Source of the DNA: Candidatus Zhuqueibacterota bacterium
GTDB taxonomy: Bacteria > Zhuqueibacterota > Zhuqueibacteria > Thermofontimicrobiales > Thermofontimicrobiaceae
Length of the DNA: 64,000 bases
Reading direction: 5' to 3'
Assembly (NCBI GenBank): GCA_049322915.1
Contig: JBMOPW010000010.1
Span: 73,994-137,993 of the forward strand
Shown piece after piece: positions 1 through 9,979 of the stretch (within the stretch, counting starts at the first letter, position 1; each line of letters begins with the position of its first letter). The notes under the pieces are model-generated. The model did not search any database. It was not told the origin of the DNA and saw only the letters and a list, made by a program, of their open reading frames with translations. The translations under genes were made by a program, and so were the position numbers.

Positions 1-2
1 CC

Positions 3-1661
3 AGTTCCTCCGGGTACAAGCACCAGTTCGATCTGAGCGATCTCACTCCTTCGACTGTTTATCACTATCAATTCCAGCCCACAATTCGTACCATTCCTCC
101 GCAGTCGGGATTCTCCAAAAAGTATGCATTTATCACGCCGCCGGCTGAAGGCAAAAAGCACTTCCGGCAATTGCCGCTGGCGACGATCATTTTCACCAAT
201 GTGCTGGATACAGCTGCGGTCCGGCCATCCTGGCCGGAGATGCCCAACCTGCCGAAGATGGAACTCATTCGGATCAAATCGGAAATTCTGGATGGCATCC
301 GGTTTTACTGGGTGAATTCCGGCATGAATTTGTTCCTCGACAATGAGGTCATCGTGGTGGATGAAAAATTGTTCCGCCATGAGATTTTTGGCAGCGACTG
401 GTGGTATCCGCCTCTGGAATCTCGAATCGAAAATGTGATGAAGGATGCGGGAAAACAGCTTTCTGATTACGTGGGGATTCTGTATCTGGGCTGTGTGCGC
501 GATTACAATGAAAAGTCAGGCGAGTTCGAACTGCGCGGCCGCGGCGGTGGCTTCACCGCCGGCTATGGCGCGAACAATCGTTACGGGTTATCGTACTGGG
601 AGGTCACCCGGGCGCATCATAATTCCCAGAATAACTGGCTGATGGTTCACGAATTTCATCATCAATTGGATGAATTGTTCATGCACAGCGGCTACCCGGA
701 ATACTGGTTCTGTCACTTCTCACCCACAATCAATACCGCGGACGACTTCGGCGAGCATTTCGATGGCAACGCCTGGATACTCAGGAACTGGCCCAATGCC
801 AATTGGTATGATTTAAAATTTGGCAGCCTCATGTCCGCCGAGGATGCGGATATGGACGGCATTCCTGATGATGCTCCCGGGCTGCCGCTGGATGAAAAAC
901 GACTGCAGAGCAGTTCGCGTTTCGCGGATTCCGACGGCGATGGCGTGGACGATCTGGGCGAGGTGGTTTCCACCAATTGGATCGTGGAAGGGTGCGGCGA
1001 AAATTATGGCGGTGCGGCGCTGTTCCCCAATCTGTTGAATCCGGACACGGACGGCGATGGCAAGCTCGACAATGAGGATTCGTATCCGCTGTATCCTTTC
1101 GAGCCAAAAATCTATTTCAGCGACCCGGACGCCCGGCCTGAAAATGCCGGTGACATGGCTGGCGTTAATTTTTTCGCGCGATTGGTGGACAATCGGATTC
1201 ACGCCAATGTCTATGCCCGTTGGGATACATCGCGTCTTTCGTTCATGTTTGAAACTGACCGGCTGGCTCCAATCAAATTGATGGTTGATGCTGACGCGAA
1301 CGGCTGGTTCATTGGCCGGGATAATTTTCTCGTTCAGCTTCGTCCCGCATCGGATCTGACGCTGAAAACCACCCTTCAAATCAATAATTGTTCTGACCCG
1401 AAAAAATGGCCTTTTCACGATGACTCCCTTGCGCGTACCGTGGATCTGACGGCGACCGTGACAAAGGTGAAAGAAAATTACCTGATCCGCGTGACGATTC
1501 CCCGCAATCGCAATCTGGGGCTGAATCTGGAACAGGGAGAGAGAATTGGCGTCAACATCGGTTATTCGGTTTTTATGGATGCTCAGGGTCATCAGAAATA
1601 CATCACAATTTTCGAACCGAACCGGTTTTTTGATGTCGATTTGGCCGTTCGCGGACAATAA
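3..1661 (+). CDS. 5'-truncated, probably secreted zinc metallopeptidase-like protein (FN3-like segment, HEXXH motif, DxDxDG Ca-binding repeats, C-terminal beta-sandwich)
   Basis: Frame is open from base 3 (SSSGYKHQFDLSDLTPSTVYHYQ..., FN3-like) into the 496-aa ORF. Contains HEFHH and the repeats DADMDGIPDD, DSDGDGVDD, DTDGDGKLD. Confidence 0.6.
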   Translation, partial: SSSGYKHQFDLSDLTPSTVYHYQFQPTIRTIPPQSGFSKKYAFITPPAEGKKHFRQLPLATIIFTNVLDTAAVRPSWPEMPNLPKMELIRIKSEILDGIRFYWVNSGMNLFLDNEVIVVDEKLFRHEIFGSDWWYPPLESRIENVMKDAGKQLSDYVGILYLGCVRDYNEKSGEFELRGRGGGFTAGYGANNRYGLSYWEVTRAHHNSQNNWLMVHEFHHQLDELFMHSGYPEYWFCHFSPTINTADDFGEHFDGNAWILRNWPNANWYDLKFGSLMSAEDADMDGIPDDAPGLPLDEKRLQSSSRFADSDGDGVDDLGEVVSTNWIVEGCGENYGGAALFPNLLNPDTDGDGKLDNEDSYPLYPFEPKIYFSDPDARPENAGDMAGVNFFARLVDNRIHANVYARWDTSRLSFMFETDRLAPIKLMVDADANGWFIGRDNFLVQLRPASDLTLKTTLQINNCSDPKKWPFHDDSLARTVDLTATVTKVKENYLIRVTIPRNRNLGLNLEQGERIGVNIGYSVFMDAQGHQKYITIFEPNRFFDVDLAVRGQ

Positions 1662-1679
1662 AATATTCCACTCAGGTGA

Positions 1680-1778
1680 CCATGCTGAAGCATGGCGCTT
1701 GTTTAAAATTGTACCAGCACTACGATTTATCGTGGCGTTCAAAAATCAAACAGCTTGCTAACCAGCCGCTTTAGCGGC
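1680..1778. repeat. REP-like palindrome cluster (IS200/IS605-end-like family)
   Basis: Hairpins CCATGCTGAAGCATGG (1680-1695), CACTACGATTTATCGTGGCG (1718-1737) and GCCGCTTTAGCGGC (1765-1778); related to the 55371-55478 element. Confidence 0.6.
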
Positions 1779-1818
1779 CTCTGGAATACATGAACTGAGT
1801 CGTTACAAATATTCAATC

Positions 1819-3051
1819 GTGGAGAAAATACCCGTGCGAAAAATATGCCTCCTGTTCAGCATGGCGTGCGTTATATTTCCGTCAATCACTCTGGCACAGG
1901 AAGAATGCACCGTGGCCGTTGTCTCGGGAAAGGCCACTATCGATGGCCGGCCCCTGCTCTGGAAAAATCGCGATACCAGTTTTTTGAACAATGAAGTCGC
2001 TTTCTTTGACGATAGCCGGATTCCTTTCATCGGCGTGATCAATGCCGGCGACCGCTCGCAGGTCTGGATGGGCGTGAACGCCGCCGGCTTTGCGATCATG
2101 AATTCGGAGTCCCAGGATCTGGAGGGCGACACGCTGGACGCTGAAGGGTATTTCATGAAACAGGCGCTCGGCGAGTGCGCTTCGGTTGCAGCGTTCGAAC
2201 AGCTCCTCCTTCGGACCAATCAAACCGACCGCAACACCAAAGCGAATTTCGGCGTGATTGATTCGACCGGGGCCGCGATGATTTATGAGACCGGCAATAC
2301 CACATTCACCAAATTCGACGCCAATGACTCGGCGACAACGCCATTGGGATTCATTGCCAGAGCCAATTTCGCCAAAACAGGGACAGGGAAAGGCTATGGC
2401 CATATTCGCTATCAACGCGCCAATGAACTGTTCGAAAAACTCATCGCTGAAAACAGGCTGAGCCACGAAACCCTGCTCACCGGCATCGCCCGCGATTTGA
2501 AAAACGATAAAACCGATCCCTATCCGCTGCCGTTCGCCGGCAGTGAAGACGGCCATCCGAAGGGCTGCATCAAAACGCACGATTCCATCAACCGTTTCCG
2601 AACCGCCTCCTGCGCGGTGTTTCATGGCGTGCTGCCCGGGGAGTCTGCGGCGCTGACGACGCTGTGGCTGATCCTGGGAGAACCTGTGTGCGGTGTGGCC
2701 ATTCCGCTCTGGGCGGCGGCTGGTACAGTCCCGCCAGCGCTGGATGGGGAGGACACTGCGCTGTTGAATGAGGCGATTCAGCGAAATGAGCGGATCGTCT
2801 ATCCGGATACTTCGATGAAAAATTACCTGAACACGACCATGCTCATGGCAGACGACTGGAAAAATGCGCTGCCGGCGCTGATTGCATTTGAAGAGGATGT
2901 TTTTCAAAAAACGCAGGCTATGGTGAAGCGATGGAGGAAGCGCGCTCCCAAACCGACTGAGGTGTTCGGGTACGAACAACGCGTTGCGACAGAAGTGATG
3001 CAGAGGTTGAGCAATCCCGGCCCGTCTCAGAACTCGCATGGAATGAAATAA
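1819..3051 (+). CDS. Secreted Ntn-hydrolase cysteine peptidase/acyltransferase (C45/C69-like)
   Basis: Signal peptide followed by ECTVAVVSGKATIDGRPLLWKNRD (N-terminal nucleophile Cys) and GVNAAGFAIMNS. Confidence 0.75.
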   Translation: MEKIPVRKICLLFSMACVIFPSITLAQEECTVAVVSGKATIDGRPLLWKNRDTSFLNNEVAFFDDSRIPFIGVINAGDRSQVWMGVNAAGFAIMNSESQDLEGDTLDAEGYFMKQALGECASVAAFEQLLLRTNQTDRNTKANFGVIDSTGAAMIYETGNTTFTKFDANDSATTPLGFIARANFAKTGTGKGYGHIRYQRANELFEKLIAENRLSHETLLTGIARDLKNDKTDPYPLPFAGSEDGHPKGCIKTHDSINRFRTASCAVFHGVLPGESAALTTLWLILGEPVCGVAIPLWAAAGTVPPALDGEDTALLNEAIQRNERIVYPDTSMKNYLNTTMLMADDWKNALPALIAFEEDVFQKTQAMVKRWRKRAPKPTEVFGYEQRVATEVMQRLSNPGPSQNSHGMK

Positions 3052-3145
3052 AAATCTCCGCGATTCAATGCCCGCATTCGGAAAGTGAACGGACTGCGGG
3101 TGATGATTTCGCCGGAAGGCAGCCCCTCACCGCCTGTCCCGGCAT

Positions 3146-3997
3146 TTACGAATTGGCGATGGCCACGTCCAGAATCCCATTATCCAACACCACCCTTGAA
3201 AAACCACTCTCCCCGTTGCTTGCTGTCAGTTTGAACCGGTCTTTGATATCGTCCGGCGCATTGGCGACAAGATAGCTGTGTTCGGCCCAGCATAGCAAAT
3301 CCAGGTCATTGTAATCGTTGCCGACAGCCAGGACATGATTCTTCCTGATCTGCAGTCGGCGGCAGAGCCATTGCGCCGCCCTGGCTTTGGACACTGTGGC
3401 CGGGAAGATTTCCACCCACATGGTTTTCCTGTCCAGCGGCGACGTGGCGCGGATGACCTTGAAATCAACCAGGTCTTTTTTCATTTGGTCGAGCAAGTGT
3501 ATCTCTTTGGGGATGATGGTGATGAACTGACTGGCAGGCCCAAATTTAGCGAGGTGGGAATTGAGGGGCGCTGCATACTCGCTGTACAATTCCACGCGCT
3601 GCGTGAAGTCCGGGTTGTGCGCGCCGCTGTAATGGTACAGAAAATGATGGCTGTCCGGCAGTGGTTTGTGAATCATAAAATCAATGTTATTCCTGATGAG
3701 ATAATTGCTGATCTCAATCACTTGTTCCGCAGGAATTTCGTGGCGAAACAGCAGCTCCTTCTCGGCCCAGTGGATCAATCCTGCGCCGGAGGCGAAGATC
3801 AGGTAATCGATGGGAAAATTTGGCGTCAGCACCTTCTTCGCTGAAAAATAATTCCGACCCGTGGCAATGACGCGCACGATCCCGCTGCGCTCCAGCCGTT
3901 CGAGCGTACGCCAGTCCATCTCGCTCACCTGCTGCGCGTCATCCAGCAGTGTGCCGTCCAGGTCAGTCACCACCATTTTTAAATTCTGTATTGTCAT
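3146..3997 (-). CDS. Cof-type HAD-IIB phosphatase
   Basis: DLDGTLL motif I, ATGR motif II, SKA, GNDYNDLDLL motif IV. Confidence 0.9.
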   Translation of the reverse strand: MTIQNLKMVVTDLDGTLLDDAQQVSEMDWRTLERLERSGIVRVIATGRNYFSAKKVLTPNFPIDYLIFASGAGLIHWAEKELLFRHEIPAEQVIEISNYLIRNNIDFMIHKPLPDSHHFLYHYSGAHNPDFTQRVELYSEYAAPLNSHLAKFGPASQFITIIPKEIHLLDQMKKDLVDFKVIRATSPLDRKTMWVEIFPATVSKARAAQWLCRRLQIRKNHVLAVGNDYNDLDLLCWAEHSYLVANAPDDIKDRFKLTASNGESGFSRVVLDNGILDVAIANS

Positions 3998-4112
3998 TTT
4001 CAATTTATGTGTTTGAACACGTCTTCGTTTTGAGTCAAAGCGAAAATCCCCATTGTCAGCGCTGTCGCTGCCGGTTCATCGGCGAGCGCAATACCTTCGA
4101 AAATGTCCGCGC

Positions 4113-5351
4113 TCATCCAACCATATCGATGGCGATGAGGCATGCCAGCCGGGCGAAATCCACCAACTGCTGAATTTCAACGGATTCATTGGCCACGTGA
4201 AACGCATTATCATCGCCGGGGCCCCAGCCGACCGCCAGAATGCCGTGCAGATTCAGGCTCTTGGCATAGGTGCTGCCGCCCATGCCGTACGCTTCGGGCC
4301 AAAAATGCAGCGCATCCAGGGTATTGGACTGGATCACCGCAACCAGCGCATTCTCCGGGTCGATGCTGTGAGGCTCGCTCCAGGCCATCACGTCAAATGT
4401 AAAATTCCCGTCCTGAATGGTTTCGGCGCAGCGTTTCAACTGGCGGAGAATGGACTCTCTCGTCATCCCGGGCACTGTGCGAATATCGAGGTAGATGCTG
4501 CATGCGCCCGGCACGATATTCGGAGCAGCGCCTCCATGAATTTCACCCAAATTCAGCGAGGGCTGTTTCAGCACCGGATGAACCTGGTATTCCAATTTCA
4601 GCGACTCAATTTCAGTCACCAGCCGCGCCATCATGTACACCGCATTGACGCCTTTCTCCGGCGTGGAGCCGTGGGCCTGCTTGCCGATGGCCGTTATCTT
4701 GATCACCGTCCGTCCCTTCTCCGCAATGTCGATGGCTTTCATATTCTCGCCAATATCCGGAATAATGGCGTGCGTGGGACGGATCAGCTTTTCTTTGAGC
4801 AAATACCCAATGCCGTAATCGACGCCGTCCGGGTCGGATGCCTCCTCGTCCGCCAGAGCGGCCAACTGTAATTCGCCGCGCAACGATTCCCCCAGGCCCA
4901 ATTTCTGAAGCACGTCGCCGGCGACCAGAATCGACGCCAGCGGGCCTTTATTATCCAGCACACCGCGGCCAATGAGCATGCCCTCCTTTTGAATTACCTC
5001 AAAAGGATTGCTCTCCCACCCGTCGCCGGCCGGCACCACATCCATGTGCGCGGGCAGAAGAAGGCGCACGCCGGATTCATCCCGGCCGATTTTCCCGATG
5101 ATATTGGGCCGGCCTTCCATTCGGGCGAACTCCTCGAAACCAATTCCCATCCGCTCAAATTCGCGCTTCACAATGGCAGCAACGCGATATTCTTCGCCGC
5201 GAATTTTGAGATAAGGGTGCTCCGGCAATTTTTCGGTGACCACATTCACCGTCTTCTCTTTGACCATTTCGGTCACCAGATCGATGATCCGGGTTGCTAT
5301 CTCCGCGTGATGGCTCGAAAAATATGCATTGATGACAGACTTGGAATCCAT
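4113..5351 (-). CDS. M20 family metallopeptidase/deacylase (ArgE/DapE-like)
   Basis: HMDVVP, GRGVLDNKG, DEE, GKQAHGS and AFHVANE motifs. Confidence 0.9.
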   Translation of the reverse strand: MDSKSVINAYFSSHHAEIATRIIDLVTEMVKEKTVNVVTEKLPEHPYLKIRGEEYRVAAIVKREFERMGIGFEEFARMEGRPNIIGKIGRDESGVRLLLPAHMDVVPAGDGWESNPFEVIQKEGMLIGRGVLDNKGPLASILVAGDVLQKLGLGESLRGELQLAALADEEASDPDGVDYGIGYLLKEKLIRPTHAIIPDIGENMKAIDIAEKGRTVIKITAIGKQAHGSTPEKGVNAVYMMARLVTEIESLKLEYQVHPVLKQPSLNLGEIHGGAAPNIVPGACSIYLDIRTVPGMTRESILRQLKRCAETIQDGNFTFDVMAWSEPHSIDPENALVAVIQSNTLDALHFWPEAYGMGGSTYAKSLNLHGILAVGWGPGDDNAFHVANESVEIQQLVDFARLACLIAIDMVG

Positions 5352-5473
5352 GATAGCTCCTGTTTTTTTGAGAATTGTACGATGCCAGTGCGCGCTGGAT
5401 TTTCATCCGGCGCGGCAGCCTGTCTGCCGTGAATCCCGGCGCAATCGACAGGCTGGCCGGAATGAACTTAGCC

Positions 5474-5917
5474 TTATTCCGATTGTTGCTTCCTTTGCTT
5501 CATCTTTCTGAATTCTTCGCGCTCGGTGCTGAGTTCCTTCAGCAGTTGGCTGAGCGTCCAATTTTCCGATGTCGGTGTGAGCGCCGCCCAGAGTTGCGAC
5601 GGCAACTGAGTGGCGCGATAGCTGTTGATGAGCAGATTCAATTCCCGCTCGGTCACGCCTGCCATGATTGTCGCCCGCTCGAGCGCAGAGTCGACGCCGG
5701 CCCCGGTCGAAGAGGGAAGAGCGAGCAGGTCTTTCAGTATGGCATCGCTCAGCTCGTCCGCAACGAAAACCACGGGTATATCCGAGAATTGATGCTCATG
5801 CAGCATGGCCAGAAATCGCCCTTGCTCCGCGGTGGAGAAGCCGCAGACCAGCAATTTCCTGGGGCCATAAATGGTCGCCTCAGATTCCCCGACCTTTTTG
5901 AAACTGCCATTTTCCAT
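5474..5917 (-). CDS. DUF3783-like protein
   Basis: ATG at 5917 with GGAGG Shine-Dalgarno; C-terminal WAALTPTSENWTLSQLLKELSTEREEF pattern. Confidence 0.65.
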   Translation of the reverse strand: MENGSFKKVGESEATIYGPRKLLVCGFSTAEQGRFLAMLHEHQFSDIPVVFVADELSDAILKDLLALPSSTGAGVDSALERATIMAGVTERELNLLINSYRATQLPSQLWAALTPTSENWTLSQLLKELSTEREEFRKMKQRKQQSE

Positions 5918-6172
5918 GATGTCACCTCCGTTGTGTGAAAATGCGCCGTCGGCAAATCGAAACGGCGGCGAAGTTGCCGCATGCGTTGATATCGCGAGTC
6001 GCGCGCATCTCACGGCCTGGTCAATGTACAATTTTTTAATTCCAGAGTCAAGGTTTTTGTAGGGCTGAAAAGAGGAAAAATCGGATTGATTTCATGAGCG
6101 GATTTTCATCCTGCCGGAGTCATTGAAATGAAATGCACCCGGAGCGTCCTGGCGTCCGGGCTCGGACGTCGA

Positions 6173-6952
6173 TCAACGGGAACCGGCCGCGCCGCTGAAC
6201 ATGGAATAGGTGAAAAAGGCGTAGTAGTCCGGGATGTTCAGGATGAAATCCGGGGACTCGGGATTGGTCAATTTGTGAAAGAGGGCCTGATCTGCCGACG
6301 AGAGCTCCGTCTCAGAGTTTTGCCAGCGCATGCGAAAAAGGGCGATCAGTCCGATTCGGAGCGTCTCGCTGAGCGGGGCATGAATTGTCCCGGCAAATGT
6401 GCGCACCGAGATATCTCCGAATCCGGCATCCTGAAATCGGCCGGCCAGTCGAAGCGGATGAGTGGCAGGGGACATCTCACGGCGGAACGGCGCCATGCCA
6501 TCCCGTGTCGCGTTCAGGCGCGCTTCTAACAGGGGATAACCGGGAAAGAGTTGCTGCGATGACCAGAAGAGCACGGCCAGTGTGCCTCCCGGTTTGAGGA
6601 CGCGGCGCAGTTCTCTCAGCGCCGGCAGTGGATTTTCCAGCCCGTATCCGACGCAATCGATGCTCAATGCCCAGTCGAAACTCGCATCGCGGAATGGCAG
6701 AGCGCTGATCGAACCTGATTGGAAAGTCATTCGCCGGCTGAAATCGCTGGCGGCGTAGGCCTGTCGCGCGTAGTCGAGAAATTCAGCGGTGATGTCCAGC
6801 CCCGCCACGACGCCGGAGTCGCCGATAGCCCGGGAGAGCATTCCCAGATGAAGCCCGATGCCGCAGCCGGCATCCAGTCCAACGCTGGCCGGGGGCAAAT
6901 CCAGCGAGCGAATGGCCGAGTGGATGACCGATTCTCTGAGCTCGTGTGTCAC
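6173..6952 (-). CDS. Class I SAM-dependent methyltransferase (start uncertain, may extend to about 7036)
   Basis: GLDAGCGIG motif I, LPFRDASFD, LRELRRVLKPGG. Confidence 0.85.
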   Translation of the reverse strand: MTHELRESVIHSAIRSLDLPPASVGLDAGCGIGLHLGMLSRAIGDSGVVAGLDITAEFLDYARQAYAASDFSRRMTFQSGSISALPFRDASFDWALSIDCVGYGLENPLPALRELRRVLKPGGTLAVLFWSSQQLFPGYPLLEARLNATRDGMAPFRREMSPATHPLRLAGRFQDAGFGDISVRTFAGTIHAPLSETLRIGLIALFRMRWQNSETELSSADQALFHKLTNPESPDFILNIPDYYAFFTYSMFSGAAGSR

Positions 6953-7032
6953 CTCGAGACTTCGAATGTAGTCCGCAGTGGTCTGGTTCTGAGAGACAGA
7001 TTTTTTCCCGGGTTCGATGGGGATTGTTCCTT

Positions 7033-7905
7033 TTATCGCTTAAATTTGAAAACGCCATTTTTAAAAACAGGCTGACCGGCGCGATTGAATACCTCAAACC
7101 GAATTTCGGTCCGGCCCTGAGATTCAAATGCTTGTAAGCTGAGGGTATCGCCGGGGATGGTCGGCTTCCCGAAACGGCCGCTGATGCTCACCAATTGGTT
7201 GAGGTCATCGTCCAGCAATTTTTTGGTCAGGCCGGCGCAGATCATGGCAGCCACACAAGCTCCGTGCAAAATGGTGCGCGGCAGCCCGGCCAGTTTTGCC
7301 AGCAGCGTGCTTGTGTGGATGAAATTATGATCCCCGGAAGCTTCGGCAAACAGCAGATTCTGGCCATCTTCCGTTGTAATATCCAGGGAAAATAAAGGAT
7401 TCCCGGCAGGCGCCTGTTCCGCTCGTCTGGCCTCCGGACTCTTTTTGCTCCGCACGATGAAACCGGTTTTTCCCTCGATGATGCGCTGGCCGCTGCGCCA
7501 GCCAATTTCAGAAATTTCGAGCAACTCCCCGACCGGCGTCTCGGTTATCCCGATGATTTCGATGACCATCTTCAATGCGTCATTCGGTCGTATGGGCTGA
7601 TGCCAGACAATTTCCTGGCTGGCGTACACAGCGCGCAGGATGTTCAGCCCCAGGGCCGGATGGCACCACAAATCTTTGATCATGGGAAAGATCAGTTTTG
7701 ACAGGAAAAAAGGCGGTGCAACCGGATTCGCCGCGCCGTAGCCTGGATTTTCATCCCTTGTTGCCCGGGCGAACCGCAAAATCTCCTCGTGAGAGATCGG
7801 CGCCAGATTCGATTCGAACGTCGATCCGATCATGCTGCGATTCATGCGCTGGCTGTTCCTGTTTCGCAGTAATGCTGTCAGCAATTTCCAGTCGATGGTT
7901 GTCAT
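7033..7905 (-). CDS. MaoC/double hot-dog (R)-enoyl-CoA hydratase/dehydratase
   Basis: FARATRDENP in the N-terminal hot-dog; FAEASGDHNFIH...GLPRTILHG hydratase-2 motif. Confidence 0.85.
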   Translation of the reverse strand: MTTIDWKLLTALLRNRNSQRMNRSMIGSTFESNLAPISHEEILRFARATRDENPGYGAANPVAPPFFLSKLIFPMIKDLWCHPALGLNILRAVYASQEIVWHQPIRPNDALKMVIEIIGITETPVGELLEISEIGWRSGQRIIEGKTGFIVRSKKSPEARRAEQAPAGNPLFSLDITTEDGQNLLFAEASGDHNFIHTSTLLAKLAGLPRTILHGACVAAMICAGLTKKLLDDDLNQLVSISGRFGKPTIPGDTLSLQAFESQGRTEIRFEVFNRAGQPVFKNGVFKFKR

Positions 7906-8113
7906 GAGTGTGCCCCTGTTCAATGTTCGGTTGAGTGTAATAGCCGCTGTCTGAGTCAGGAAAAAATGCAACGCCGCGCTTGCTGAACGAGAAAATCACG
8001 CGCGTTCTCCATCGTTTCACGGAAGGAAATGGCCATTGCTCACGCCTCAGCGCCCGATGGTATCGTCTCGCCTCCGAGTCCGGAAAAGCTCCTGGCGCTG
8101 TCTGACAGCGATG

Positions 8114-8482
8114 TTACTTTCCGTTTTGTTCGCCGTATCCGCGACGGACGCAGCGGCAGAATCCGTGGTAGATGGCGCAAATGCCACCGAAGATGGAAAA
8201 CAGCCCCCAGAACAAGGGGCGAAAGAAAATGTGCATCAGCGTGGGCTGCGAAGACGGCAGCAGATAAATGCCCCATGTCGTCAAAAGACAGCCCATGAAG
8301 ATGCAGGTATGCCCGAAGACCACCATACTGGCGCGACCCGGGCGAAAACCGAGATAGATGAGCGACATCCCGATAGTCGCGAGAATGATGGCGCCCAGCC
8401 AAAGGTTTTGCACGGCGAAAATGATGCCGAACGCAATCAGAGCAATTCCTAAACTGATGGTAATGTGTTGTCTTTTCATCAT
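8114..8482 (-). CDS. Small four-TM membrane protein of unknown function
   Basis: Four hydrophobic segments and a C-terminal HGFCRC. Confidence 0.6.
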   Translation of the reverse strand: MMKRQHITISLGIALIAFGIIFAVQNLWLGAIILATIGMSLIYLGFRPGRASMVVFGHTCIFMGCLLTTWGIYLLPSSQPTLMHIFFRPLFWGLFSIFGGICAIYHGFCRCVRRGYGEQNGK

Positions 8483-8638
8483 AGTAAGCGGATTGACGGT
8501 CCATTTTAAAAAGTGAGTCCGGTTGTGCGCAGCGTGGCAACCGTGCGCCGCCCTTGGCAATGGCGTTTGATTGTTGTCCGGCACTCATTGGAATTCAGGT
8601 GCAAAGATACAAAATGATCGGAACAGTTCAAAGCGAAA

Positions 8639-9406
8639 TTATGAAAAAATAATAGATTCATCCCAGAGCCTGGAGTACTGTTCGAGGAAATTTTGATACA
8701 AATTTTCTTTCTGCTTATAAAATTGAGAATGAGTCAATTCAAAAAAGGGTCGCTTTTCCGGAGAGCATTGGTACAGTTGCAGGTCAACGCGTATCCGACC
8801 GGATGGTCGTGAGGCGTCGAAAATCATCACGGTCAGCGCGGATGTCGAATTGTTCAATCGCACTTCAACATCGAGATTTGTCCTGATCAATTTTCTCAAA
8901 TATTCGAGGGAGAGTTCAATTTCATTTTTGAATATTTTGGAGGTTGACCCTTTCCATTTGGCAATCGATTCAATAGCCGGGCTGGCTGGATCGATCAAAA
9001 TGAATCGGAGCTTGCATCCGGATTCAGCCTTTTTTAAGAAGAAATTACAGTATCGCGGTACAAGCTGGGCTAATGATCCCCCGCTGACAAAAATCTCCCG
9101 CGCCTCGTCGGAGTATTTCTCGAAATCCGTCCACCCGACCGGGATGCGCAGAAATGGTTCCTCTGAGCGCCTTATTTCTCCCAGTGTTTTTTCGATTCGT
9201 TCAAAGTAGCCCAGCCGTTCAGCCAGCATGCCGAAGGATATCACGCCTAACACGAAGAGTATGATTTTGAACAGAATGGAGGGGTCCGGATTCAGTATGA
9301 GATCGAATAGCAAGAAACCAAAGGAAGTGAAAAACGCCAGGGTCAAAGGAATATTCTCTAATTTGAATAGAGATTTCACCGTGTCTTTCATAATTTTTTT
9401 CTCCAT
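8639..9406 (-). CDS. 2-TM protein with C-terminal PLD-fold/DUF5919-like domain (no HKD motif)
   Basis: Two N-terminal hydrophobic helices, then EIFVSGGSL, GCKLRFILIDP.S and FLEQYSRLWDES. Low GC. Confidence 0.55.
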   Translation of the reverse strand: MEKKIMKDTVKSLFKLENIPLTLAFFTSFGFLLFDLILNPDPSILFKIILFVLGVISFGMLAERLGYFERIEKTLGEIRRSEEPFLRIPVGWTDFEKYSDEAREIFVSGGSLAQLVPRYCNFFLKKAESGCKLRFILIDPASPAIESIAKWKGSTSKIFKNEIELSLEYLRKLIRTNLDVEVRLNNSTSALTVMIFDASRPSGRIRVDLQLYQCSPEKRPFFELTHSQFYKQKENLYQNFLEQYSRLWDESIIFS

Positions 9407-9699
9407 GAATGGGTTTGGATGAATGGACAATCCATCCAATTTTCGGTGAGTCCAGCACTGAAACACATAACATTTGCCTTTTCTATGGGGCGCTGCTTCA
9501 AAGTTGGCCAAATTAATGCGCACCGCTGATATTTCAGCAGGTGACTTTTTTATAATCCTTCATCAGGCACAGCGTGTAATACAGGGGCGTGATTCGTTCA
9601 GGCCGAATGGGAAGGAGTTGTTGGGCAGGATGCAGGTTTCTCAATTGAGACATTGATATTCGAATGTTGTATTTTTAGCGCACCAGATTCCTCTATTCA

Positions 9700-9830
9700 T
9701 ATGAATGACCAGTAAAAATTTTGGCGCCTAAAGTATTATCGGACACACGCGTAGTGGACGGTCGCGACCGTCCACTACAGAGACAAAAAGTATTGAATGT
9801 ACTGCACATGGTTTTAACTGGTCATTCATA
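9700..9830. mobile_element. MITE-like element (131 bp) with a central GTAG-type REP palindrome
   Basis: 14-bp perfect terminal inverted repeats TATGAATGACCAGT (9700-9713) / ACTGGTCATTCATA (9817-9830); perfect 28-bp palindrome GTAGTGGACGGTCGCGACCGTCCACTAC at 9751-9778. Confidence 0.7.
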
Positions 9831-9979
9831 GTATTAGAAAGATGCGAATTGACTGGTGAAAGCTGAAAGCCAATTTCGCTGAGGATATTTCAGGCGTCAC
9901 TATTTTTCCGACAGGCATCGCTGCGCCGGAAATGATTCGAAGCGATGTTGCCAATCTATCGGTACCAATTCGCATTCAG

